A stretch of DNA of 64,000 nt from an uncultured Acidimicrobiales bacterium (GTDB lineage: Bacteria; Actinomycetota; Acidimicrobiia; Acidimicrobiales; DATKAS01). The position numbers and the translations under genes are program-made. A model generated the notes under the pieces. The model was not told where the DNA came from. It saw only the letters and a list, made by a program, of their open reading frames with translations, and ran no database searches. Shown here piece after piece: positions 1 through 11,566 of the stretch. The stretch is from NCBI GenBank assembly GCA_963726495.1, contig CAVSCP010000007.1, positions 81,847 to 145,846 of the forward strand, written 5' to 3'. Numbering within the stretch: the stretch's first letter is position 1; each line of letters starts with the position of its first letter.

Positions 1-1147
1 CGTCGGCTTCGGTGCGCACAAGGGCGAGCCCGTGTGGCAGGACGTGCCCGGCGAGCACCGCGCCGACCTGCGTCGCCTCATCGTCGTGCAGGGCGACACC
101 GAGCCCGCATCGGTCGAGCAGCAACGTCACCTCTGCGCGACCGCGCCCAGCCAGTACGACCTGCGCAACCTCTTCCAAGTGAACGTGGAGGAGGGCCGGC
201 ACCTCTGGGCGATGGTGTACCTGCTGCACCGCTTCTTCGGTCGCGACGGACGCGACGAAGCCGATGCGATGCTCGAACGTCACTCGGGAGATCCCGACAA
301 CCCGCGCATCCTCGGTGCCTTCAACGAGGCGACACCCGACTGGCTGTCGTTCTTCCTCTTCACCTACTTCACCGACCGTGACGGGAAGTACCAGCTCGCC
401 TCTCTGCGGGAGAGCGCGTTCGACCCGCTGTCACGCACATGCGACTTCATGCTCAAGGAAGAGGCGCACCACATGTTCGTGGGCGCCACCGGCATCGGGC
501 GCGTCGTCCAACGCGCGGTCGAGCTCATGAAGGAGCACGACACCGACGACATCCGGCCGTATGGCGGCATCGACCTCGCCACGTTGCAGAAGTACCTGAA
601 CTTCCACTTCAGCGTGTCGCTCGACCTGTTCGGCGCGGAGACCTCGACGAACGCGGCGAACTACTACACCCAGGGGTTGAAGGGCCGCTTCCAAGAAGGG
701 TCGCACGATGACGACCACGTGCTCGCGGACCTGACCTCGACGGTGCCCGAGCTGCGTGACGGCGTCATCGCCGAGGTCGAGCACTCCGCGCTCACTGCGG
801 TGAACAAGACCCTGCGCGACGACTACGCCGTCGACTGCCAGAAGGGGGTCGATCGGTGGAACCGCCTCGCGTCTGACGTGGGCTTCGAGCTGCGGTTGCC
901 GCACGCGGCCTTTCACCGTCAGGTCGGCGCCTTCGCCGGCGCCCACGTGTCGCCCTCGGGCGAGGTCATGACTGCCGACGCCTGGAGTGCCCGTGCCGAC
1001 GACTGGCTGCCGACCTCGGCCGATCAGGCCTATGTCGGATCGCTCATGCACGCGGTCACCGAGCCGGGCAAGTTCGCCGCGTGGATCGCCGCTCCGGCGA
1101 ACGGCATCCATGCGAAGCCGGTCGACTACGAGTACGTCCGGCTCTGA
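1..1147 (+). CDS. boxB: benzoyl-CoA oxygenase/epoxidase component B-like di-iron protein (5' end outside the window)
   Basis: The frame is open from the window edge to the stop at 1147. The peptide FTYFTDRDGKYQLASLRESAFDPLSRTCDFMLKEEAHHMFVG matches my recollection of BoxB-type di-iron (ExxH) proteins. Confidence 0.65.
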   Translation, partial: VGFGAHKGEPVWQDVPGEHRADLRRLIVVQGDTEPASVEQQRHLCATAPSQYDLRNLFQVNVEEGRHLWAMVYLLHRFFGRDGRDEADAMLERHSGDPDNPRILGAFNEATPDWLSFFLFTYFTDRDGKYQLASLRESAFDPLSRTCDFMLKEEAHHMFVGATGIGRVVQRAVELMKEHDTDDIRPYGGIDLATLQKYLNFHFSVSLDLFGAETSTNAANYYTQGLKGRFQEGSHDDDHVLADLTSTVPELRDGVIAEVEHSALTAVNKTLRDDYAVDCQKGVDRWNRLASDVGFELRLPHAAFHRQVGAFAGAHVSPSGEVMTADAWSARADDWLPTSADQAYVGSLMHAVTEPGKFAAWIAAPANGIHAKPVDYEYVRL

Positions 1148-1150
1148 CGC

Positions 1151-1900
1151 GTGCGCGTCACGCTGCGCGGCGGAGAGGTCGACGTCGTTCGCATCGGAGG
1201 GGACGAGGCCCTCGCGCCGCTGGTCTTCTTGCACGAAGGGCTGGGGTCGATCGGTCTTTGGCGCGACTTCCCGCAATCGGTGGCCGATGCCACGCGCCGT
1301 GCCGCGACGGTCTACTCACGCTTCGGCTACGGCCGGTCCGACCCGTTCCCCTGGCCGCGCGGTCCCGACTACATGCACCGCGAGGCGCTCGAGGCGCTGC
1401 CTGAGCTGCTCGACGCGCTCGACATCGACGAGCCCGTGCTCGTGGGTCACAGCGACGGCGCGTCGATCGCCCTCATCTACGCGGGCCAGAGCGGTCGTCG
1501 GGTCGCCGCGCTCGTGCTGCTGGCTCCGCACGTCTTCGTCGAGGAGGAGTCGATCGCGGGGATCGAAGCGGCGCGCGAGACGTTCTCGACCACCGACCTG
1601 CGCGATCGGATGGCGAAGCATCATGACGACGCCGAGGCGACGTTCCGGCACTGGAACGACACCTGGCGTTCGCCGGAGTTCCGGGACTGGAACATCGAGG
1701 ACGTGTTGCCGAGGATCGCGGTGCCGATCCTCGTCGTGCAGGGCTCGGCCGACCGGTACGGCACCGTTGCTCAGGTGGATGCGATCGAGCGGGGCGCGTC
1801 GGGACCGGTCGAGACGGTCGTCCTCGAGGGGTGCGGCCACTCGCCTCATCTCGAGCGCGGTCCTGAGACGCTGCGGGCGGTGACACACTTCCTCGCGTGA
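1151..1900 (+). CDS. alpha/beta-fold hydrolase
   Basis: Intact 249-aa ORF starting 4 nt after the previous stop. It has an HEGLGS region and a GHSDGA nucleophile elbow (GxSxG). Confidence 0.8.
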   Translation: MRVTLRGGEVDVVRIGGDEALAPLVFLHEGLGSIGLWRDFPQSVADATRRAATVYSRFGYGRSDPFPWPRGPDYMHREALEALPELLDALDIDEPVLVGHSDGASIALIYAGQSGRRVAALVLLAPHVFVEEESIAGIEAARETFSTTDLRDRMAKHHDDAEATFRHWNDTWRSPEFRDWNIEDVLPRIAVPILVVQGSADRYGTVAQVDAIERGASGPVETVVLEGCGHSPHLERGPETLRAVTHFLA

Positions 1901-3416
1901 ATGTCGCTGCCCCGACGATCGCGACCGCGCTCGAACGAACTCGCCACACTCACGCCCAGCGCACCGCGCTCGTGTGTGAGGACCGGCACATCACCTACTC
2001 CCAGCTCGCATCTCGGTGTGAGCGCGTGGGCCCGGCGCTCGCGTCGCTCGGCCTGGCGCCGGGCGACCGCGTCGCGATCCTCGCCGCGAACTGCCACCGG
2101 TACGTCGAGGCGTACATGGGCGTGCCCGCGGCCGGCATGGTGCTGCTTCCGCTCAACACGCGGCTGGCTGCGCCCGAGCTGGTCGCGATCGTCCAGGCGG
2201 CCCGGCCGAAGGTGCTCGTGACCGACCGCGACCCGGGGCCTCTGGCTGACGTGGTCGCGCGCGTGGTCACCTTCGAGGAGTGGGACGTGCTGCTCGACCA
2301 CGCGTCGCCATCGTCGCGAACGCCCGAGGTGTCCGAGGACGACCTCGCGTTGCTGTACTTCACCGGCGGCACGACCGGCCGGCCGAAGGGCGTGATGCTC
2401 ACCCATCGCAACCTGGTCGCGAACTCGTTCCACAAGACGCTGGCCTGCCGCTTCGAGCCCGACGACGTCTACCTCGCGGTCGCGCCGTTCTTCCACGTCG
2501 CGGGCACTGCCGCTCTCGTCGGGCTGCTGTGGATGGGCGGTTCGTTCGTGATCCTCCCGGCGTTCGACCCGGCGACGAGCCTCGACGCGATCGAACGGCA
2601 CCGCGTGTCGGTCGCGATCCCCGTGCCGACGATGGTCGGCGCGCTGGTAGCCGAGCAATCGGCCCGGCCGCGTCGACGTGTCGTCGCTCAGGCTCCTCGG
2701 TCATGCAGGCTCGCCGATCACCACGGACCTGCTGCGACGAGCGCACGACGCGTTCCCGACCGCAGAGCTCGCGCAGTACTACGGCGCGACCGAGACCTCG
2801 TCGATCGTCACGTGCCATGCCGCACGAGGAGCGGCATCTCGAGGGCGGCCGGCTCGGGCTCGGTGGGCCAGCAGGTCGTCGGCGTCGAGATGCGCATCGT
2901 CGACGCGCGACGGCAACCCGTGCCCGCCGGGCGTCGCCGGCGAGGTCATCGTCCGAGGGCCCAACGTGATGGTGGGTTACTGGGAGAACGCCGAGCGCGA
3001 CCGAGGCCGCGTTCGTCGACGGCTGGTACCGCACGGGTGACGTCGGCGTCGTCGACGACGAGCACTACCTCTCCCTGCTCGATCGAGCCAAGGACATGAT
3101 CGTCACCGGCGGTGAGAACGTGTACTCGCTCGAGGTCGAGGACGCGCTCGGGTCGCACCCCGCCGTGCTCGAGGTCGCCGTCTTCGGAGTGCCCGACGAG
3201 CGCTGGGTCGAGGCGGTGCACGCGGTCGTCGTGGTGCGCGACCCGGCGTTGCTCACCGACACGCTCGAGGACGAGCTGCGCGACCACTGCCGCCGAGCGA
3301 TCGCAGGGTTCAAGGTGCCGAAGGCGATCTCGATCCAGGCCGACCCGTTGCCCAAGTCGGGGCCGGGCAAGATCCTCAAGCGCGAGCTCCGCGCCCCCTA
3401 CTGGGACCGTGGCTAG
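1897..3416 (+). pseudogene. AMP-forming acyl-CoA synthetase/ligase, reading frame interrupted at least 5 times
   Basis: The motifs YFTGGTTGRPKGV, YGATETS, WYRTGD and GKILKRELR are all present. They lie in frames 1>2>3>1>2>3, with switches near 2665, 2815, 2860, 2915 and 3005. Confidence 0.8.
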
Positions 3417-4349
3417 CGGAGGTTGATCAGGAGCTCGACCGTGCGACGGCGGGTCTCGTCGTCGCCGAACGGGGTGATCTGCAGGTCGGTGACGCCCGCA
3501 TCGCGCACCCTGTCGACCGCCTTGCGCAACGTGCTCTCGTCGCCGTAGACGGCGATGCCGGCAGCGGAGTCGAGCCCCTCACGTTCGAGCACTGCCTTGT
3601 ATGCGGGAAGCCGGCCGTACATGCCGAACTCGTCCGCTGCCCATGCCGCTGCGGTCTCGTCGTCGTTCGTGAGCGCGATCGGGAGGCTGGCGAGGATGCG
3701 AGGTTCCGGCCGGCCTGCCCGTTCCGCAGCGGCGCGCACGAGGGGAACCGTCTGCTCCGCCAAGGTCCGGAGACCGACCATCCACGTCGCCGCACCGGCG
3801 GTGTAGGTGCCCGCGACGTCGAGCATCTTCGGTCCGACCGCGGCGATGAACACCGAGGGCGGCACCGGCAGGCGTCGCGACGTCGAGTCGGAAGCTCGTA
3901 CGCACGTGCTGGCCGGCGTAGTCGGCCTTCTCGCCACGGAGCAGGGGGAGGAGCACCTGCAGGTACTCGGTCATGTAGCGAGCGGGATGCGAGTAGTCGA
4001 GACCGAGGAAGTCTTCGACGATCCGCTGATGGGAGACGCCGATCCCGAGCGTCAACCTGCCGCCGACCGCGTCGTTCGTGGTGAGGGCCTGGCTCGCGAG
4101 AGCCACCGGATGGCGGCCATGCGCCGACACGATCGCCGGACCCACCTCGATGCGTCGCGTGCGGTGCGCGGTCGCGGCGAACAGCGTGAGCACATCGGGC
4201 CCGTTCGGGATGCCGGGCATCCATGCGCTGTCGTAGCCGAGCGCTTCGACCCGGTCGAGCTCGTCGCCGACGCGGTCGACGGTGGCACGCTGGTTCGCGA
4301 TGACCACCCCGAACTTCACCGCGGCGGACGGTATCAGGAAGGCTGACAA
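3413..4349 (-). pseudogene. LLM-class (luciferase-like) F420-dependent oxidoreductase, one frame switch
   Basis: The N-terminal part is in ORF 3579-4349 and the C-terminal part in ORF 3413-3937, joining near 3880. Family peptides include GYDSAWMPG, LTLGIGVSH and FIAAVGPKML. Confidence 0.75.
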
Positions 4350-5147
4350 TGCTGACAGGTGACCCAGGCTCGACAGAGCCGCTCGTCGTGACCCACGACG
4401 GGCCGATCGCGACCTTGTGGCTCAATCGACCCGAGAAGCGCAACGCGGTGACGAAGGCGATGTGGGAGGGGATCGCGGCGATCTGCGCCGACCTCGCCAC
4501 CGACCGCAACGTGCGCGTGCTCGTCGTGCGCGGCGCCGGTGACCACTTCTGCGCCGGGGCAGACATCGGAGAGCTCGCGGTGAGCGAGGCGAGCTACGCC
4601 GCCGCGAACGCGGGCGCGGACCACGCGCTCGGCTCGTTCCCGAAGCCAACCGTCGCGTTCATAAGAGGCTCGTGCGTCGGTGGAGGCACGCAGATCGCGA
4701 TCGCGTGCGACGTCCGCATCGCCGACACGTCGGCCGTGTTCGGCATCACGCCCGCGCGGCTCGGCATCGTCTACCCGGCCTTCGGCGTGGATCGAGCGGT
4801 GCGGCTGCTCGGGCCGTCGGCGACGAAGCACCTCCTCTTCTCGGCCGAGCTGATCGGCTGGGAGCGCGCGCTGCGCATCGGGCTCGTCGACGAGGTGCAC
4901 GAGGCCGGCCGCCGCCGACGAGCGGATCGACGTGTTCGCGACGTTGCTCGCGACCGAGCGGTCGCTGCTCACCCAAGAGTCGAGCAAGGCGATGGTCGAC
5001 GAGTGCGTGCGGACCGGCGAGATCTCGCGGGCGACGCAGGCGCGGTGGGGGGCCGAGCTCGCGGCGAGCGCCGATGCCGCGGAGGGCGTCGCCGCGTTCC
5101 TCGAACGGAGATCGCCGCGGTTCACGTGGGCCGGGACGTCGGACTGA
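4349..5147 (+). pseudogene. enoyl-CoA hydratase/isomerase (crotonase) family, one frame switch
   Basis: Contains LNRPEKRNA, FCAGADIGE and GSCVGGG. The last ~70 aa continue in ORF 4932-5147, with the switch near 4915. Confidence 0.8.
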
Positions 5148-5167
5148 GTGCCTGAGTACCGTGGCGC

Positions 5168-5629
5168 ATGCCCAACATCGCACAGCGAATCGCAGAGCTG
5201 GGGATCACGCTTCCTCCCGTGACGGCGGCGGCCGGCAACTACATCGGCGCGAGCAGGGTCGGGAACCTGCTCTTCGTCAGCGGCCACGGGCCTGATCTCG
5301 GCGACGGCAAGTACATCCGCGGCAAGGTCGGACGCGATCTGACGGTCGACGAGGGCATCGCCGCCGCCCGAGCGACCGCGCTGTGCATCCTCGCGACGAT
5401 GGACGCGACCGTCGGGCTCGACCACGTGACGCGCATCGTGAAGGTCTTGGGGATGGTCAACACCGGCCCCGGCTTCAACAACACGCCCGCGATCATCAAC
5501 GGCGCCTCAGACCTGTTCGTCGAGATCTGGGGCGAGGCCGCGGGCAAGCACGCGCGGTCCGCTGTCGGCCTGGCCGAGCTGCCGTTCGACATCGCGGTCG
5601 AGATCGAGCTCGTCGCCGAGGTCGACTGA
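5168..5629 (+). CDS. RidA/YjgF family protein
   Basis: Intact 153-aa ORF. The peptides LFVSGHGP...GKVG and RSAVGLAELPFDIAVEIE are typical of RidA-like proteins. Confidence 0.8.
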   Translation: MPNIAQRIAELGITLPPVTAAAGNYIGASRVGNLLFVSGHGPDLGDGKYIRGKVGRDLTVDEGIAAARATALCILATMDATVGLDHVTRIVKVLGMVNTGPGFNNTPAIINGASDLFVEIWGEAAGKHARSAVGLAELPFDIAVEIELVAEVD

Positions 5630-5642
5630 CCCTGGGCGGACC

Positions 5643-6798
5643 TCAGGGCCAGAGCTGCTTGGTGGCGAGGGCGGCGCCTTCGCTGAGCGCGCGGAACTTC
5701 GGCCACACGACGGTCGGGTGCACCTCGGGCGCGTACGACGCACGCGACGAGAAGCCGCAGTCCGCGCCGGCGATCACGTTCTCGCGGCCGACGAGCCCCG
5801 CGTACTTCACGATGTAGTCCGCGATGAGCTCAGGGTGCTCGACGTAGTTCGTCGCGTGACCGATCAGGCCCGGGGATGAGGATCTTGTCGTCGGGCAGCT
5901 TGATGTCCTCCCAGATGCGCCACTCGTGGTAGTGCCTCGGGTTGGCGACCTCGAAGCTGTGTGCGCCGGCGTTGATCTTCAGCATGAACGGCACTGCGTC
6001 GGTGAGCGGGATGTCGTTCATGCGCGGGCCGTGGTTGAGGCCGTAGCAGGTGTGGTGCCGCACCGACTCCGGCGGGATGTCGCGCAGCGCGTGGTTCAAC
6101 GCCTCGACGTGGATCCACGCGAGCCGCTCGCGCTCCTTCTTGTCCATCGTCGGGTCGCTCAGCATGTCGATCAGGAACGGGTCGTCGACCTGCAGGATGA
6201 ACCCGGCCGCGACGATCGCCAGGTACTCCTGGCGCATGGCCTCGGCGACCTCGTGGAGGTACTCCTCGTGTGACGAGTAGTACTCGTTGCGCCCGAAGCC
6301 GCTGGGGCCCGTCGAGGGCATGAAGACGTCGGCGACGTCGTAGTCGGCGGTCGCTGCCTTGAGGTTGTCGATGTCGGTCTGCAGGAGCTCTTGCCCGACG
6401 TAGGTGATCGGCCCGCGGCAGATGATGCGACGCAGCGGAGCGACGGTCGACGAGTACTTCTTGAAGTAGTCCGCGTAGTACTCGGGGAAGTCGTCGACCT
6501 CGACCTGCCACGACGGCGCCATGCGCGACTGGCCCATCTCGACCTCGAAGCCACCGAGTCGGTCCTTCACGTAGCCGAGGAAGCTGACCTTGCTCATCTC
6601 GCCGTCGGTCACGATGTCGATGCCGCACTCGACCTGCTGCCGCACCCGGTCCTTGACCGCTTCAGTGACCTGGAAGTCGAACAGCTCGTGGTCGTAGGGC
6701 TGGTCGTTCTCCTTGAGCTTCATCGTGTCGAGGAGCTCGACCGGTCGGGCCAGGCTGCCCACGTGGGTCGTGAGGATGCGGTCGGTGCTTCGCTTCAT
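5643..6798 (-). pseudogene. cobalamin-independent methionine synthase-like (MetE C-terminal/Meth_synt_2 family) protein, one frame switch
   Basis: ORF 5830-6798 plus about 60 further aa (GHATNYVEHPELIADYIVKYAGLVGRENVIAGADCGF...) in another frame down to the stop at 5643-5645. The switch is near 5870. Confidence 0.7.
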
Positions 6799-6822
6799 TT
6801 CTGGCTCCCGGGGACGTGGTCT

Positions 6823-7830
6823 CTAGCGGCCGTTGACACAGGTGATGTAGGTCCAGCATGCCTGGAACGTCGGGCGGCCGTGGAAGAGCACGTCCATCGC
6901 GTGGCGCATGAGCGCCAAGCGATCGGCCACGGCCTGCTCAGACGGCTTCGCGCCGTCGACCTTGTCGGTGCCGCCCACCCAGCCGAGCACCGCGTCGTTG
7001 TACGCGCACAGGAACTCGTACCAGTCCTGGACGCCGGCTTGCACGCTCGCCTCTCTGCACGGACTCGACCTTCAGGCCCCCGAGCTCGAGCGTCTCGAGG
7101 TAGAAGTCGAGTGGTCGCGGCAGCAAGAAGACCTTGTCTCGATACGCGGCATGGGCCTTCATCCGCTCGGGGTTGTCGAGGTCGGCGGCGTACTGCCGCG
7201 TACGCCGGATCGGTGCGGACGAGGCCTTCGGCGATCTCGCCCACGACCCAGACCGTCTCGTCGAGGATCCACTCGCTGCGACGTGCGCGCGGGTTGCGGA
7301 TGTTCCCCGAGTTGATGAGCACGTGGCCGTCGGGGCGGAGTGCCCTGAGCCACGACGCGACGGTGTCGGGGAGGTCTGGATAGAGGTGCACGGCGTTCGT
7401 CGACGCGATGAGGTCGACGCCGCGTTCGAGCATCTCGGGACCGAGCACCTCTTCGAGCCGTTCGAGCCGCTTCTCGTCCTTCAGGAAGCGCAGCAGCCTG
7501 AACCCGACCTTCGGGTCGTCGCGGAACTTCTCGACGCGCGACGCGGAGGAACTTGGGCGAGCTGTCGACGATGATCGCGCCGACCTGGGTGTCGAACATC
7601 CGCAGCTTCAGCCGGTCGAGCAGGATGCCGGTGCCGCCCGAGTAGTCGATCATGATGTCGCCGTCGCCCAAGCAGGTGAGCGAGCTCCTCGACGGTCGGA
7701 TCGAGGTTGCGGTACCAGCCGTGGCGATCGACGTTGTCGTACGCCGTGCCGAAGTCGTCGACCGGCTCTTGCGTCCACGTCTCGTCGGGCACGCGGTCCC
7801 AGCCGGGGGGCCACGCGAACGACGCGGGCC
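6823..7830 (-). pseudogene. class I SAM-dependent methyltransferase, several frame switches, N-terminal boundary unresolved
   Basis: DYSGGTGILLDRL (motif I-like), STNAVHLYPDLP and LRPDGHVLINSG are spread over at least four frames. Confidence 0.5.
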
Positions 7831-8895
7831 GCGTGGCGGCCGTCCAGCGGCGCGCTCGACCGCGCGGTGCAGCTCGACCAACGCCGCGACGTCCTGGGAG
7901 CGATGGCGGCCCCACCCGCAGTCGGTCGCGGCGCCGAAGTCGTGCACGAACCGCTGCGCGGCGACGATGCGCGCCTTCGCGCCGGCGACGCCGTCCTCGA
8001 GGTGCAGCACGCCGAGGAAGAGCTGCGTCTCGGGACGCAGCTGCAGCTGCCCGAGCGTCTCGAAGAAGCGCACGTCGACGCGGTCGCCCTGCACGGGAAG
8101 GTGGATCCAGTCGAGCGAGCGACCGAGGCTCAGCGTCAGCGCGTTCGCGATGTCGACGAGCGGCTGCGCGTTGTAGGGGCCGCTCGGTGTGATGGCGCTC
8201 GTGGCCGTGGCAGAAGTGGTAGCCGAGCTGCACGTCGCCGGGCACGCTGCGACCGAGCCGCACGAGGCGCTCGACGATGCTCGACCGGGGGTCGGTGAAC
8301 CACGTCGGCATGACGCCGTCGAGCATGGCGAACTCGAAGTTGGTGTCCCACTGCACGGCGAGCTGATCGTGCGGGATCGAGTCGAAGATCGTCGCGAGCT
8401 CGGTCAGCATCGCCGCCTCGTAGAGCGGTTCGATGCGAGCCTGGTCTTCGGGAGCGACGAACGCGGCGATCGGCGCGAGCGGGGTCGGCAGTGACACCTG
8501 GAAGCGGCACTGCGAGGGGATCAGGCCGTCGCGCTTGCGGCGGGCGAAGATGCGGTACGAGCTGAGTGGCCGCCTGCGCGTAGCCGAGCTGCTCGAAGCG
8601 CAGGGTGTCGATCGACTCGTCGTCGCTGACGCGCAGCCGCGGCAGGGCACGGTGCGAGTCGGCGCCGGGTGGGCACACCTCGAACTCGGGCCGGGAGCTG
8701 AGCACCGGGTACTGCCACACGATCCAGTCGGACCGGGGGCCGGTCTCGCCGTCCGGGATCCGGTCGAGTCGGTCGCCGAGCTCGGACGCCGCCAGCTGGA
8801 ACACCTCGTCGGCGCTCCGAAGGGGGACGCTTCCGACGAGCAGCACCCCGCCTGTGACGCAGGCCGTTCGTGTCGCCTGTCGCTTCCGCGGTCAT
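7830..8895 (-). pseudogene. conserved hypothetical protein (family not assigned), several frame switches
   Basis: Coherent peptides LLVGSVPLRSADEVFQLA, QVSLPTPLAPIAAFV, QLGYHFCHGH and DWIHLPVQGDRVD lie in three frames. In the open frame, no stop separates this gene from the methyltransferase downstream. Confidence 0.35.
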
Positions 8896-9215
8896 GCGCG
8901 CACCTCCGTGCTCGGGCCCCGTGACTCGGGAAGAACAGTGTCCGGCGCGGCGCGAGGGCGGGCCAAGGCCAGCGTTCGCCGCTCACGAACGACCGGGTGA
9001 ACAGTGCGCTATGCGAATCGGTGTCGCGCAGCGTGTGCGCATTGCGTTCACGTTGCGAGCACATCTCAGGAAGGCTGACACCGTTGCTCAATTGCGTCGC
9101 GCCGTTGTACGGTGCGCCCGCCACACCCGACAGGGGGAGGTGTGGGGGGAGCGGTGGCGGGTGAGTCGAACTTCCCGACTCGCATCGTCACCCGCGACAT
9201 CGGGAGGGTACATTC

Positions 9216-10619
9216 ATGAAGCGTCTACTGCCGGTCCTACTTGCGACCGGCGCGCTCTTGTTCGCCGCGTGCGGAGATGACTCAGGGTCTTCGACCGCCA
9301 CGACGGCGAGCTGGAGGAGCAGCGACCACTGCCGGCGGCACGGCGCGGCAACGACGGCAGCCGCGGGTGGCGCGGCGACGACCGCAGCGGGCGCCGCCGC
9401 CGCGAGCACCAACATCCAGAAGCCCGGCGAGTGCGGCCTGGGCACCGGTCAGAAGGCCACCGGCGACCCGATCAAGATCGGTGTCGATCGACACCAACGT
9501 GCCCGGCATCGACTTCACCTGGATCTCGAGCATGACGAAGGCCTACTTCGACTGCGTGAACGACAACGGTGGCATCAACGGCCGTCCGATCCAGTACATC
9601 GACGAGGACCGAGCACATCGACCCGCAGAGATCGCCGGCGCTCGCGAAGAAGCTCATCGAGGAGGACGGCGTGCTCGGTCTCGTGGGCAACACGAGCATC
9701 ATCGACTGCAGCGTCAACGGCGACGTACTACGCGTCGCAAGGGCTTCTTCCCGATCATCGCCGGCGTCGACCAGGCCTGCTTCGAGAACCCCAACTTCTC
9801 GGCCGTGAACATGGGCCCGTACTACTCGAGCCTCGGCGGGGCGCAGGCCGCGCTGCGCGCCGGGGCGAAGGGCACGATGGTCATCGTCACGCCGAACCAG
9901 CCCGGCGTCGACATCATCAACAGCGGCGTCGTCGACTTCGCCGAAGCAGAACGGCCTCAAGGGCGTCAGCCTGAACGAGGACGTGCCGATCGCCGACCCC
10001 GCCGGTCCTCGCGCAGAAGCTGGTGCAGACCGCCGGCGACGGCGGCGCCGTCGTGCTCGACTTCACCGGCCCCACCGTCGTTCCGCTGCTCCAGGCGATC
10101 GACTCCGCCGGGCCTCGTCGACAAGGTCATCTGGGCGAGCTCGACTCCGCCGAACGACCCGTCGGTGGCCAAGGCGCTCAGCCCGGCATGGAACGGCAAG
10201 TTCCTCATCAACGCCGAGTTCAACACGCTCGACTCGGGCAAGCCCGACCAGAACCAGATGAACGAGATCCACGACAAGTACGCACCGAGCACTGCCGATC
10301 TCGAGCTTCGCCCAGATGGGCTACCTCGCCGGCCGGGTGGCCACTGACGCGCTCTTGAGCATCAAGGGCGACATCACCGTCGAGAGCGTCAACGCAGGCG
10401 TTCAAGAACATGAAGAACTTCTCCAGCGACCTGTGGTGCAAGCCCTGGTACTTCGACAGCACGATCGGCAAGAACGTGTCGAACAACACCGACATCACCG
10501 TCACCCCGCAGGACGGGAAGATGGTGCAGAGTGAGGATTGCTTCGAAATCGCCGCAATGGACGCCAACCCGCTCGCCCAGATCCGGGCCAAGGAGCAGGA
10601 GCTCGGCCTGAACTCCTGA
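9216..10619 (+). pseudogene. ABC transporter substrate-binding lipoprotein (branched-chain amino acid/LivJ-like), at least 6 frame switches
   Basis: Lipoprotein signal MKRLLPVLLATGALLFAAC followed by a Thr/Ala-rich linker. Family peptides include GINGRPIQYIDED, GVLGLVGNTS and VIWASSTPPNDPS. Confidence 0.7.
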
Positions 10620-10665
10620 TCCCCGATCACAACTCTCGACCAGGAGCAGGGAGCCTGCAGCCTCG

Positions 10666-11564
10666 ATGCCGAGCTTCGACGATCTCAAGCCGTTCATCGT
10701 GCTGGGCTTCGCGCTCGGGCGGGGTGTTCGCCATGCAGGGAGTGGGCCTCGTGGTCCTCTACCAGGCAACCGGCGTGCTCAACCTCGCCTACGGCGCGAT
10801 CGGGGCTGCGGGTGCCTTCCTCACTTGGGAGCTGATCGACAACGACCTCGGGCCGCAGTTGGCTCGCTTACACCGCGTGCATCGCCTTCGGCGGTGTGGT
10901 CACGCTCGTCGTACGGGTGGCTCTTCGGGCCCCCGTTCGCGGCTCGTGACCCGCTGGTGAAGGCGACGGCGACGCTCGGCCTGCTGCTCATCCTCGTCGG
11001 CTGGATGCAGTGGCACTACGGCGCGAACGCCCACTCGTTCAAGCTGCCGAGCGAGAACCACTACTTCACGATCAGCGGGGTGCGGGTCACGCTGACACGC
11101 AGATGATCGGCATCGTGTTCCCGATCATCGTCACTGCGGGCACGGCGCTGTTCTTGCGCAAGTAGCAAGCTCGGCACGGCGATGCGGGCGCTCGCCAACG
11201 ATCGCGAGATCACCTCGATGCTCGGCGTGCCGGTCCGGCGGGTCGAGGCGGTCGCCTGGTTCGGGTCCGGCATCATCTGCGGCATCGCCGGCCTGCTGCT
11301 CTCCCAGCTGGTCGGCCTCGACATCGTGAACCTCACCTTCTTCGTGATCGCTGCCCTCGCGGCTGCGCTCATCGGTCAGCTCAGGTCGCTGTGGGTCACG
11401 TTGATCGGCGGCTTCGTCATCGGCATCGTCCAGTCGTGCCTCGCGACGCCGTAACACGATCTGGGCGAACTCGGCGGCGTACCGCACCATGACGCCGTTC
11501 GTGCTCGCGATCGTCGCCATGCTCTGGTTCGCGCCGGAAGCGCCAGGTCGTGGTGCAGACCTGA
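10666..11564 (+). pseudogene. branched-chain amino acid ABC transporter permease (LivH-like), frame switches
   Basis: Hydrophobic pieces VFAMQGVGLVVLYQATGVLNLAYG and RALANDREITSMLGVPV. The inferred end ...LWFARKRQVVVQT runs to TGA 11562-11564. Confidence 0.65.
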
Positions 11565-11566
11565 CG

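Noticed and set aside
4333-9080. Identical 15-mer TCAGGAAGGCTGACA at 4333-4347 and 9066-9080.
   Set aside because: A single shared 15-mer is within chance expectation for 64 kb on two strands of biased composition. The first copy is coding sequence and a ribosome-binding site.
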